DNA from: Acidimicrobiales bacterium
GTDB taxonomy: Bacteria; Actinomycetota; Acidimicrobiia; Acidimicrobiales; DASWMK01
Length of the DNA: 64,000 nucleotides
Assembly (NCBI GenBank): GCA_036399815.1
Contig: DASWMK010000057.1
Coordinates: 1,226-65,225, forward strand
Direction of reading: 5' to 3'
Shown here piece after piece: positions 37,878-45,280 of the stretch. Made by a program: the position numbers and the translations under genes. How positions within the stretch are numbered: the first letter of the stretch is position 1; the number at the start of each line of letters is the position of its first letter. The notes under the pieces are model-generated. The model saw nothing but the letters and a program-made list of their open reading frames with translations, was not told where the DNA came from and did no database searches.

Positions 37878-38774
37878 ATGAGCACGCGTGTGACGGCGCC
37901 CGCCGTACGGGGGCGCAAGCGGGTCACGGGGTCCGAGCCCCTCGTGATGGTGACGGCGTACGACGCGCCGACCGCCCGCATCGCCGACGAGGCCGGCGTC
38001 GACCTCATCCTCGTGGGCGACTCGGTCGCCATGGTCGTCCTCGGCTACGAGGACACGCTCCAGGTGACGACGGCCGACATGGCCCACCACGTGGCCGCCG
38101 TGGCCAGGGCGAAGCCGGCGGCGCTGGTCGTCGGCGACCTGCCGTGGATGAGCTACCACGTGTCGGTCGAGGAGACCGTGCGCAACGCCGCCGCCCTCGT
38201 GCGTGCTGGGGCCACGGCGGTGAAGCTCGAGGGCGGGCGCAAGCGCCTGCCGATGGTGAGGGCCATCCTCGACGCCGAGATCCCGGTGATGGGCCACCTC
38301 GGCCTCACCCCGCAGTCGATCCACGCCATCGGCGGGTTCCGGGTCCAGGGCCGGGCCCCCGACGCCGCCCAGGCCCTCCTCGAGGACGCCCAGGCGCTGG
38401 CCGAGGCCGGCTGCTTCGCGCTGGTCCTCGAGTGCGTGCCCGACGAGGTCGCCCGCCTCGTGACCGAGGCCGTCCCCGTGCCCACCATCGGGATCGGCGC
38501 GGGGCCGTGGTGCGACGGGCAGGTCCTCGTGTTCCACGACGTGCTCGGCCTCCAGGACGAGCTGCGGCCGAAGTTCGTGCGGCGCTACGCCGAGCTGAAG
38601 GGCGACGCGGTGGCCGCCCTGTCGGCGTACGCGGCCGACGTCAGGGGCGGGCGGTTCCCCGCCGAGGGCGAGAGCTTCCACCTGAGCCCCGAGCAGGCGG
38701 CCGCCCTCGGGCTCGCCCGGCTCGGCGAGGACGAGCCGGTGGTCCTCTACGGGGGTGCTACGAAGTCCGGGTGA
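37878..38774 (+). CDS. panB: 3-methyl-2-oxobutanoate hydroxymethyltransferase
   Basis: ATG 37878 after GGAAGGAGG. Contains MVTAYDAPTARIADEAGVDLILVGDS, KLEGG and GHLGLTPQS. Confidence 0.93.
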   Translation: MSTRVTAPAVRGRKRVTGSEPLVMVTAYDAPTARIADEAGVDLILVGDSVAMVVLGYEDTLQVTTADMAHHVAAVARAKPAALVVGDLPWMSYHVSVEETVRNAAALVRAGATAVKLEGGRKRLPMVRAILDAEIPVMGHLGLTPQSIHAIGGFRVQGRAPDAAQALLEDAQALAEAGCFALVLECVPDEVARLVTEAVPVPTIGIGAGPWCDGQVLVFHDVLGLQDELRPKFVRRYAELKGDAVAALSAYAADVRGGRFPAEGESFHLSPEQAAALGLARLGEDEPVVLYGGATKSG

Positions 38775-39391
38775 CCGACGCGCCGGACCGGCCGCCCACC
38801 GGGGTGGCGACCCCCGAGCAGCGGGGCGTCCCCGGCTGGGTCGGCTGGGCCGTCTTCGCCGTGCTCGCCGCCGCGGTGGTCGGCTTCCTGCTCTGGGGGG
38901 CCGACCGCCCGGTGGACCCGTACCTCGTCGACACCGCCCCGGCCTCGTCGACGGTGGCGTCGCCGTCGGGCCGGACCTCCCCGGTCGAGGGCCTGGCCGA
39001 GACGGGGGCCACGATCACCACGCCCGACGGCCGCAGCATCGAGCTGTGCCTGCTCGTGGCCGAGTCCCGCGAGGAGCGGGCGCAGGGCCTGATGGGGGTC
39101 ACCGACCTCGGCGGCTACGACGGGATGCTGTTCCGGTTCCCGACCGACACGACGTCGGGGTTCTGGATGAAGGACACCCCGATGCCGCTCACGATCGCCT
39201 ACTACGACGCCTCGGGGGCGTTCGTGTCCTCGGCCGACATGGCGCCCTGCCCGGACGACGACTGCCCGGTGCACGAGCCGGCCGGTCCGTTCCGGTCGGC
39301 CGTCGAGGTGCCGAGCGACCGCTTCGCCGAGCTCGGCATCGCCGAGGGGACGGTCCTCGTCACCGGCCTCGGCTGCCCGCCGCCCGACTGA
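38771..39391 (+). CDS. DUF192 domain-containing membrane-anchored protein
   Basis: GTG 38771 overlaps the panB TGA (GTGA). One TM segment, then ERAQGLMGVTDLGGYDGMLFRFP...GFWMKDTPMPLTIAYYD, which matches the DUF192 pattern. Confidence 0.75.
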   Translation: MTDAPDRPPTGVATPEQRGVPGWVGWAVFAVLAAAVVGFLLWGADRPVDPYLVDTAPASSTVASPSGRTSPVEGLAETGATITTPDGRSIELCLLVAESREERAQGLMGVTDLGGYDGMLFRFPTDTTSGFWMKDTPMPLTIAYYDASGAFVSSADMAPCPDDDCPVHEPAGPFRSAVEVPSDRFAELGIAEGTVLVTGLGCPPPD

Positions 39392-39547
39392 CCGGCGTTC
39401 CTGTCACACCCCCTCGGCATGCTGTCCCCGTGCGAGGGAACCGGCCGCAGCCGAGTAGGATCGTTCGGCCCAATCGAAGCCCTGCCCCGGGCCACCGGGG
39501 CCCCGGTCGCAGCGCGGCCGGGTCCAGAGGGAGGTGATGCTCGCCTC

Positions 39548-39892
39548 ATGCGAGCGTACGAGCTCATGATCATCTTCGACCCCGACCTGGACGACGCCGG
39601 CGTCCAGGCGCAACAGGACCGGGTCCGGTCGGGGATCGAGTCCGCCGGCGGGCGCATCGCGTCCGCCGACGTGTGGGGCAGGCGCCGCCTGGCCTACGAG
39701 ATCGACCACAAGCACGAGGGCTACTACGTCGTGTACGAGGTGGTCGCCGGCGGCGGTGCTCTCGACGACCTGGAGCGCCAGCTGCGGCTCGCCGACGAGG
39801 TCGTCCGCCACAAGCTGATCCGCCTGCCGGACCGGGAAGCGGCTCGCCGCGGCCTGGTCGACGGCCGGCGGGCCCCGGCGTCGGCCGGGTAG
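39548..39892 (+). CDS. rpsF: 30S ribosomal protein S6
   Basis: ATG 39548 after GGAGG: MRAYELMIIFDPDLDD...WGRRRLAYEIDHKHEGYYV. Confidence 0.93.
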   Translation: MRAYELMIIFDPDLDDAGVQAQQDRVRSGIESAGGRIASADVWGRRRLAYEIDHKHEGYYVVYEVVAGGGALDDLERQLRLADEVVRHKLIRLPDREAARRGLVDGRRAPASAG

Positions 39893-39908
39893 CGAAGGAA
39901 GACGAACG

Positions 39909-40370
39909 ATGGCAAACGGGAACAGCGTCACCGTGGTCGGCAACCTCACGCGCGACCCCGAGCTCCGGTTCACCTCGAGCGGCCAGCCCATGGCCACGAT
40001 CGGCATCGCCGTCAACCGGTCCTGGGTGGACCGGGTGTCGAACGAGCGCCGCGAGGTCACCAGCTTCTTCAACGTGGTCGCCTGGGGCACCCTCGGCGAG
40101 AACGCCGCGGAGTGCCTGTCGAAGGGCGACCGGGTGGTCGTCACCGGCCGGCTGGAGCAGCGGTCGTGGGAGACCCAGGACGGCGACAAGCGGTCGGTGG
40201 TCGAGATCAACGCCGACGAGATCGGCCCGAGCCTGCGGTGGGCGACCGCCGAGGTCCGCAAGAACGACCGTCGCGCCGGCGACGGCGGGTTCGATGGTGG
40301 TGGCGGTGGGGCGTCGCGCCCGGCGACGAACGAGCCGCCCGCCTACGACCTCAACGAGGAGCCGTTCTGA
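39909..40370 (+). CDS. ssb: single-stranded DNA-binding protein
   Basis: 153 aa. OB fold ([18 protein letters not shown]), Gly-rich linker, and acidic tip DLNEEPF. Confidence 0.95.
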   Translation: MANGNSVTVVGNLTRDPELRFTSSGQPMATIGIAVNRSWVDRVSNERREVTSFFNVVAWGTLGENAAECLSKGDRVVVTGRLEQRSWETQDGDKRSVVEINADEIGPSLRWATAEVRKNDRRAGDGGFDGGGGGASRPATNEPPAYDLNEEPF

Positions 40371-40795
40371 TGCCGAAGAAGCCGAGGGCGAAGAACCGGG
40401 ACAACGCCCGGCGGAGCAAGAAGAAGATCAGCGTCCTCACGTCCGAGCAGGTCGACTACGTCGACTACAAGGACGTCAACCTCCTGCGCCGGTTCATGTC
40501 CGACCGGGCCAAGATCCGGGCCCGCCGGGTGACCGGCAACGACGCCCAGCAGCAGCGCGAGGTGGCGCGGGCGATCAAGAACGCCCGCGAGATGGCGCTG
40601 CTGCCGTACACGAACCGGGTCACCACCCAGCGGGGCGGCGGCGGCCGCGGGCGCGACGGCGACCGCGGGGATCGTGGTGACCGGGGCGACCGCGGTGACC
40701 GCGGGGATCGCGGCGACCGGGGTGACCGGGGCGACCGCGGCGCGCCGGTGACGGCCCCGGCCGAGGTGGCGGTGGGCGCGGAGGAGGCCTCGTGA
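40370..40795 (+). CDS. rpsR: 30S ribosomal protein S18 with about 55-aa C-terminal extension containing (Gly-Asp-Arg)x9
   Basis: ATG 40370 overlaps the ssb TGA. The core ([30 protein letters not shown]...[20 protein letters not shown]) is canonical S18. It is followed by GGGGRGRD(GDR)9[18 protein letters not shown]. Confidence 0.9.
   Translation: MPKKPRAKNRDNARRSKKKISVLTSEQVDYVDYKDVNLLRRFMSDRAKIRARRVTGNDAQQQREVARAIKNAREMALLPYTNRVTTQRGGGGRGRDGDRGDRGDRGDRGDRGDRGDRGDRGDRGAPVTAPAEVAVGAEEAS
40658..40738 (+). repeat. 9 x 9-bp tandem coding repeat GGN-GAY-CGN (Gly-Asp-Arg)
   Basis: Counted codon by codon in the rpsR frame. Synonymous variation among units (ggc/ggg/ggt, gac/gat, cgc/cgt/cgg). Confidence 0.95.
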
Positions 40796-41241
40796 TGCGC
40801 GTGGTGCTCCGGGCCGACGTGGCCACGGTGGGCAAGAAGGGCGACATCGTCGAGGTCAGCGACGGCTACGGGCGCAACTACCTGCTGCCGAAGGGCCTGG
40901 CCATGAAGGCCAGCCCGGGGGCCGAGGCCCAGGCGTCGGCCATGCGCCGCTCGCGCGACGTGAAGGACGCCAGGGAGCGGGCCTCGGCCGAGGAGGTGGC
41001 CAAGCGCCTCGTCCCGGCCGTGATCCGCATCCCGGCCAAGGCCGGCACCGAGGGCCGCCTGTTCGGCTCGGTGACCGCCGCCGACATCGCCGACGCCGTC
41101 GTCGCCCAGACCGGCATCGAGCTCGACCGGCGCCGGCTGCTGCTCGACGAGCCGATCAAGTCGGTCGGCGTGCACCAGGTGGCCGCCAAGCTCCACGCCG
41201 ACGTGGAGTTCCCGGTCACCGTCGAGGTGGTCGCCGGCTGA
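40792..41241 (+). CDS. rplI: 50S ribosomal protein L9
   Basis: 149 aa: [36 protein letters not shown]. Start is GTG 40792 or ATG 40795, overlapping the rpsR stop. Confidence 0.93.
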   Translation: MMRVVLRADVATVGKKGDIVEVSDGYGRNYLLPKGLAMKASPGAEAQASAMRRSRDVKDARERASAEEVAKRLVPAVIRIPAKAGTEGRLFGSVTAADIADAVVAQTGIELDRRRLLLDEPIKSVGVHQVAAKLHADVEFPVTVEVVAG

Positions 41242-41256
41242 CCGGCGCCGGCGCGC

Positions 41257-41265
41257 TGTCCACAC
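41257..41265. promoter_or_regulatory. DnaA-box-like 9-mer CTGTCCACA upstream of dnaB
   Basis: Matches TTGTCCACA at 8/9. Lies in the rplI-dnaB spacer, about 110 bp upstream of the dnaB start. Confidence 0.35.
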
Positions 41266-41374
41266 CACCCCACAGCAAATCCCCAGGGTTCGCGGTCTAG
41301 CGATCCCCAAGCCGGGGGGGCGAAGGTGGCGAGCCGCCGCGGGGCGCGGCGGCTCGGGAGGAGGAGCGCGACGG

Positions 41375-42748
41375 ATGGTCCAGGCGATGACGGACGACGC
41401 CCCGAGGGCGAGGCGGGGAGGGGGCGGGAGGGTCCTCCCGTACAACCTCGAGGCCGAGGAGTCGCTGCTCGGGGCCATGCTCCTGTCGAAGGACGCGATC
41501 GCCGCGGCGGTCGACATCGTCGTCGCCGACGACTTCTACAAGCCGGCCCACGGCCACATCTTCGACGCCGTCGCCTCGCTGTTCGCGGCCGGCGAGCCGG
41601 CCGACCCGGTGACGGTGGCCGAGGAGCTGCGGCGGGCCGACCTGCTCGACGCCGTCGGCGGGCCGGCCGGCCTCGTCCGGCTCCAATCGGCCACGCCGGC
41701 GACGTCGAACGCCGCCCGCTACGCCCGCATCGTCGAGGAGCACGCCCTGCTCCGCCGGCTGATCCACGTGGCCGGCGAGATCGCCGAGCTCGGCTACGAG
41801 GTGCCCGAGGACGTCACCAAGGCCGTCGACCGGGCCGAGTCGCTCGTGTTCGAGGTGGCCCAGCGCCGGGTCACCGACACGGTGAAGCCGATCGTCCCGC
41901 TGCTCGACGACGCCATCGACCGGCTGGAGAAGCTGTACGAGCGGGGCCAGTCGATCACCGGCATCCCCACCGGCTACAACGACCTCGACGAGCTGCTGTC
42001 CGGGCTCCAGCCGTCGGCCCTCTACGTCGTCGGCGCCCGCCCGTCGATGGGCAAGACGGCCTTCGCCCTCGGCATGGCCACCCACGCCGCACTCACCGTG
42101 CACAAGCCCGTCCTCTACTTCTCCCTGGAGATGAGCCACCTCGAGCTCACCCAGCGCCTCCTCACCTCCGAGGCGAGGGTCGACGGCACGCTCATGCGCA
42201 CCGGGAACTTCAAGGAGGCGGACTGGCCGAAGATCATCAACGCCACCGGGCGCCTGGCCGACGCCGACCTCTGGATCGACGACAACCCGAACCTCACGAT
42301 CATGGAGATCAGGGCCAAGGCCCGCCGGCTGAAGAGCCGGGTGGGGGACATCGGCCTCGTCCTCGTGGACTACGTCCAGCTGATGACCGGGCGGTCGACG
42401 GCCGAGAACCGCCAGGTCGAGGTGTCGGAGATCAGCCGGGGCCTGAAGATCCTCGCCCGCGAGCTGGAGGCGCCGGTCGTGGCCCTGGCCCAGCTCAACC
42501 GGAGCCTCGAGCAGCGGGCCGACAAGCGGCCGATGCTGTCGGACCTGCGGGAGTCGGGCTCCCTCGAGCAGGACGCCGACGTCGTCCTGTTCATCTATCG
42601 CGACGAGGTCTACGACCCCGAGTCGGCCGACCGGGGGACGGCCGAGATCCTCGTCGCCAAGCACCGCAACGGCCCCACCGGCCGGGTGCGCCTCGCGTTC
42701 ATCGGGCACTACGCGAAGTTCGCCAACATGGCCAGGGTGAGCGCGTAA
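41375..42748 (+). CDS. dnaB: replicative DNA helicase DnaB
   Basis: 457 aa. Contains PYNLEAEESLLGAML, Walker A GARPSMGKTAF, and the RecA-like core. No intein. Confidence 0.95.
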   Translation: MVQAMTDDAPRARRGGGGRVLPYNLEAEESLLGAMLLSKDAIAAAVDIVVADDFYKPAHGHIFDAVASLFAAGEPADPVTVAEELRRADLLDAVGGPAGLVRLQSATPATSNAARYARIVEEHALLRRLIHVAGEIAELGYEVPEDVTKAVDRAESLVFEVAQRRVTDTVKPIVPLLDDAIDRLEKLYERGQSITGIPTGYNDLDELLSGLQPSALYVVGARPSMGKTAFALGMATHAALTVHKPVLYFSLEMSHLELTQRLLTSEARVDGTLMRTGNFKEADWPKIINATGRLADADLWIDDNPNLTIMEIRAKARRLKSRVGDIGLVLVDYVQLMTGRSTAENRQVEVSEISRGLKILARELEAPVVALAQLNRSLEQRADKRPMLSDLRESGSLEQDADVVLFIYRDEVYDPESADRGTAEILVAKHRNGPTGRVRLAFIGHYAKFANMARVSA

Positions 42749-42802
42749 ATCGAACGACCTGCATGTTTGATTTTGGTTGGTTTCCGTTCTACCGTTCGAA
42801 TC

Positions 42803-43189
42803 GTGAGCCTCGACGAGGAGCTGGCCGATCTCGACGACCGCATCGACAGCCGCAGCACCGAGCTCGTCAGGCTCCAGGCGGAGCTGGCCGGGCTGCGGGC
42901 CCAGCGGGCAGCGCTCGGCCGGGCCGTCCGGGACGCCGCCGACCGTGAGGAGGCCACCGCCAGGGTGGCGAGCGGGCTCTCCCCCGACCTCCGCCGGGTC
43001 GACCGCACCGAGGCCATCGAGCACGTGCTGCGCTCGGGCAAGCGGCTGATGTCGATCAGCGACGTGCTGGACGCGCTGCGGGCGGCCGGGCGCAGCGAGC
43101 CCGACCGCCAGGTCGTGGCCTCGACGCTGAACTTCCTGCACCGCCGGGGGCGGATCAGCAAGCCCCGCCGCGGGTTCTACGCGACCTGA
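42803..43189 (+). CDS. hypothetical coiled-coil protein with C-terminal winged-helix (HARE-HTH-like) domain
   Basis: The track ORF begins at TTG 42767; GTG 42803 (VSLDEELADLDDRIDSRSTELVRLQAELAGLRAQ) is an alternative. The C-terminus, EAIEHVLRSGKRLMSISDVLDALRAAG...VASTLNFLHRRGRISKPRRGFYA, resembles HARE-HTH-type wHTH. This is inference only. Confidence 0.5.
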   Translation: MSLDEELADLDDRIDSRSTELVRLQAELAGLRAQRAALGRAVRDAADREEATARVASGLSPDLRRVDRTEAIEHVLRSGKRLMSISDVLDALRAAGRSEPDRQVVASTLNFLHRRGRISKPRRGFYAT

Positions 43190-43225
43190 CCTGCACGGGC
43201 CGGCCCGCCGGCCGACAGGGACACC

Positions 43226-43933
43226 GTGGACGAGGGAGTGGCGCCGGCGCGGCGCGCCCCGTGGTGGCCCGTCGCCGCCGTGGGCCTGCTCGCCGCGGCC
43301 GCCACGGCGACGGTGGGGCTCGTGGGACGGGACGCGGCGCCGGCCGCCGGCGTGCCGGGACCGCCCACGTCGGCGGCGGTGACGCCGGCCGGGTCGGGGG
43401 ACGACGCGGTGGCGCCGTTCCTCGCCGCCTGGGAGCGCGCCGCGTCCGGCACCTTCGTCGTCCGGTCGACCTTCGAGCGGCGCCTGGCCGGCGGCCAGGC
43501 GATGTCGGCCGAGTCGGTGCTGGCCCAGCGCCCGCCCGACCGCCTGCTCCGCCAGGGCGGCACGGTGACCGGCCGGCTGGCCGGCCGCCAGGTGGCCTGC
43601 GCCGAGGTCGAGGGCGACCCGGTGCCGTGCGCGGACGCCGGCCCGGCGCCGCCGTGGCCCGACCAGGTGGCGGCGGAGGTGGCCGCCGTCCGCCGACTGG
43701 TGACGGGCGTGTCACCACGCTACGCGGTCGAATCGGTGGCCGACGGGTGCTTCCGGCTGCGCTTGCGGGTGTGGCAGCCGGCCCCGCCGTACGGGACGCG
43801 GTCGACGTTCTGCTTCGACCCGGCGACCGGGGCGCCGACCCGCACCGAGGTGGCCAGGCCGGAGGCCACCGACGTGACCACGGCGACCGACATCTCCGCT
43901 CCCACCAGCGAGGACTTCCTCGTCCCCGGCTGA
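43226..43933 (+). CDS. hypothetical exported/membrane-anchored protein
   Basis: 235 aa. N-terminal TM or signal segment WWPVAAVGLLAAAATATVGLV. Four Cys residues. No recognised family. Confidence 0.5.
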   Translation: MDEGVAPARRAPWWPVAAVGLLAAAATATVGLVGRDAAPAAGVPGPPTSAAVTPAGSGDDAVAPFLAAWERAASGTFVVRSTFERRLAGGQAMSAESVLAQRPPDRLLRQGGTVTGRLAGRQVACAEVEGDPVPCADAGPAPPWPDQVAAEVAAVRRLVTGVSPRYAVESVADGCFRLRLRVWQPAPPYGTRSTFCFDPATGAPTRTEVARPEATDVTTATDISAPTSEDFLVPG

Positions 43934-43956
43934 CCGCCGGGGTGGGCGGGTGGGGA

Positions 43957-44039
43957 GGAGCGGAGGCCACATAGGCGCCAGCACCCTCTGGTGAGAGGCT
44001 GGTGGCGATGCGTGTGGAGGGAGTAGCGACCTCCGCTCC
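43957..44039 (+). ncRNA. candidate structured RNA element (long imperfect hairpin) in the leader of the EamA transporter gene
   Basis: GGAGCGGAGG (43957..43966) pairs with CCTCCGCTCC (44030..44039). CCACA (43967..43971) pairs with TGTGG (44013..44017). The inner hairpin is GCCAGC..CCTCT-GGTG-AGAGG-CTGGTGGC. A second hairpin, GCCGGTG...CACCGGC, is at 44051..44076. I recognise no known riboswitch class. Confidence 0.25.
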
Positions 44040-44140
44040 CGATCCCCTGGGCCGGTGGTGGGCGAGACACACCGGCACTCTCAGTGATCGGCGGTGCCCG
44101 GCCCGGTCTTGAGCGGAACTTCCCGACGTAGCCTCCGACC

Positions 44141-45034
44141 GTGCGACGACGCCCCGGCCCGGCCCTCACGGTGGCCCTCGTCGCCACCCTGTGGGGCACC
44201 GTCGGCGTCCTCGTCCGGGAGGTCGACCTGCCCGCCGTCGCCATCGTCGCCGGCCGGGTGTGGCTGGCCGCCGCCGCCCTCGGCGTGTGGCTGGCCGTCC
44301 GGGACGTGCCCGGCGCCCGGCTGCTCGCCCACCGCCCCGGCCGCACCGTCGTCGCCGGCGTCGTGCTGGCCGGCCACTGGGTGGCCCTCGTCGAGGCCCT
44401 CCAGCGGGCCCCGATCGGCACCGTCCTGCTCCTCACCTACCTCTCGCCGGTGCTGGTGGCGGCGGCCGCCCCGAGCACGCTCGGCGAGGTCGTGCCGAGG
44501 ACGACGGTCGTGGCCCTCGGCCTCGGCGTCGCCGGCATGGCGCTGGTGGTCCTGCCGGGCGGCGGCGGGGGACCGGGCGACGGCCCGGCCGGCGTGGCCC
44601 TCGCCGTGGTCGCCGGCGCCTCGCTCGCCGTGCTGACGATCCTGTCGAAGCCCCTCTCGGAGGGGTACGGCGGCGTGCGGCTGGCGTTCCTCGAGATGGC
44701 CGTCGCCGGCGTCGCCCTGCTGCCGGTGGCGGCCGTCGCCGACTGGGGCCCGCCGCGCGGGACGTGGCTGTGGCTGGTCGTGCTGGGCGTCGTCCACAGC
44801 GGCGCGGCCGTGGCCGTCTACCTCGGCGCCCTGGCCCGGCTGCCGGCCACGTCGGTCGGCATCCTCGCCTACCTCGAGCCGGTCAGCGCCGTGCTGTTCG
44901 GCTGGCTGCTGCTGTCCGAGTCGCCCCATCCGGCGACGGTGGCCGGCGGCGCCCTGATCCTCGTCGCCGGCGGCCTCGTGGCCAGGGCCGGCGCCCCCGT
45001 CCCCTCCCCGGAGGTCGCCGGTGCTGCTCGCTGA
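44141..45034 (+). CDS. EamA/DMT family transporter
   Basis: 297 aa, about 10 TM, two EamA-like halves. GTG start. Confidence 0.85.
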   Translation: MRRRPGPALTVALVATLWGTVGVLVREVDLPAVAIVAGRVWLAAAALGVWLAVRDVPGARLLAHRPGRTVVAGVVLAGHWVALVEALQRAPIGTVLLLTYLSPVLVAAAAPSTLGEVVPRTTVVALGLGVAGMALVVLPGGGGGPGDGPAGVALAVVAGASLAVLTILSKPLSEGYGGVRLAFLEMAVAGVALLPVAAVADWGPPRGTWLWLVVLGVVHSGAAVAVYLGALARLPATSVGILAYLEPVSAVLFGWLLLSESPHPATVAGGALILVAGGLVARAGAPVPSPEVAGAAR

Positions 45035-45251
45035 CGACGCGCCCCTGTTCCTCGGCCAGGACCTGCTGGCCTGGCTGGTGCTGGCCCTCGGCGGGGCGCT
45101 GGCCGTCGGCAACGTGCTCGCCCTCGTGCGCCCGCCCGAGGGCCGGAGCGAGGGCGACCTGGCCAGCGCGCCGCTGGCCCGCACCGTCGCCATGGCCGCC
45201 CTCGGCGCCGTCGCCGCCGTCTGGGCCCTGGCCAGCCTCCTCGTCGACTAG
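45021..45251 (+). CDS. small hypothetical membrane protein (2 TM)
   Basis: 76 aa. GTG start overlaps the end of the EamA gene. Hydrophobic helices LLAWLVLALGGALAVGNVLAL and VAMAALGAVAAVWALASLLV. Confidence 0.4.
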   Translation: MLLADDAPLFLGQDLLAWLVLALGGALAVGNVLALVRPPEGRSEGDLASAPLARTVAMAALGAVAAVWALASLLVD

Positions 45252-45280
45252 AGGACCGGCCGGCGCCGTCGCCGCGGCCG

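Noticed and set aside
40658-40738. Short tandem repeat, considered as a possible CRISPR, minisatellite or assembly artefact.
   Set aside because: - The period is 9 bp with no spacers.
- It lies in frame inside rpsR and encodes exact GDR units with synonymous variation.
- It is therefore a coding low-complexity repeat, not a CRISPR array.
42750-42799. Perfect LexA (SOS box) half-sites TCGAAC and GTTCGA downstream of dnaB.
   Set aside because: The actinobacterial SOS box is TCGAAC-N4-GTTCGA. Here the halves are 38 nt apart, so this is not a LexA operator. It is more likely a hairpin base or chance.
44078-44084. CTGAGAG on the minus strand, reminiscent of the TPP-riboswitch CUGAGA core.
   Set aside because: - There is no accompanying ACCUGAUC..GG..UAAU..CC..GCG element.
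- No downstream gene lies on that strand.
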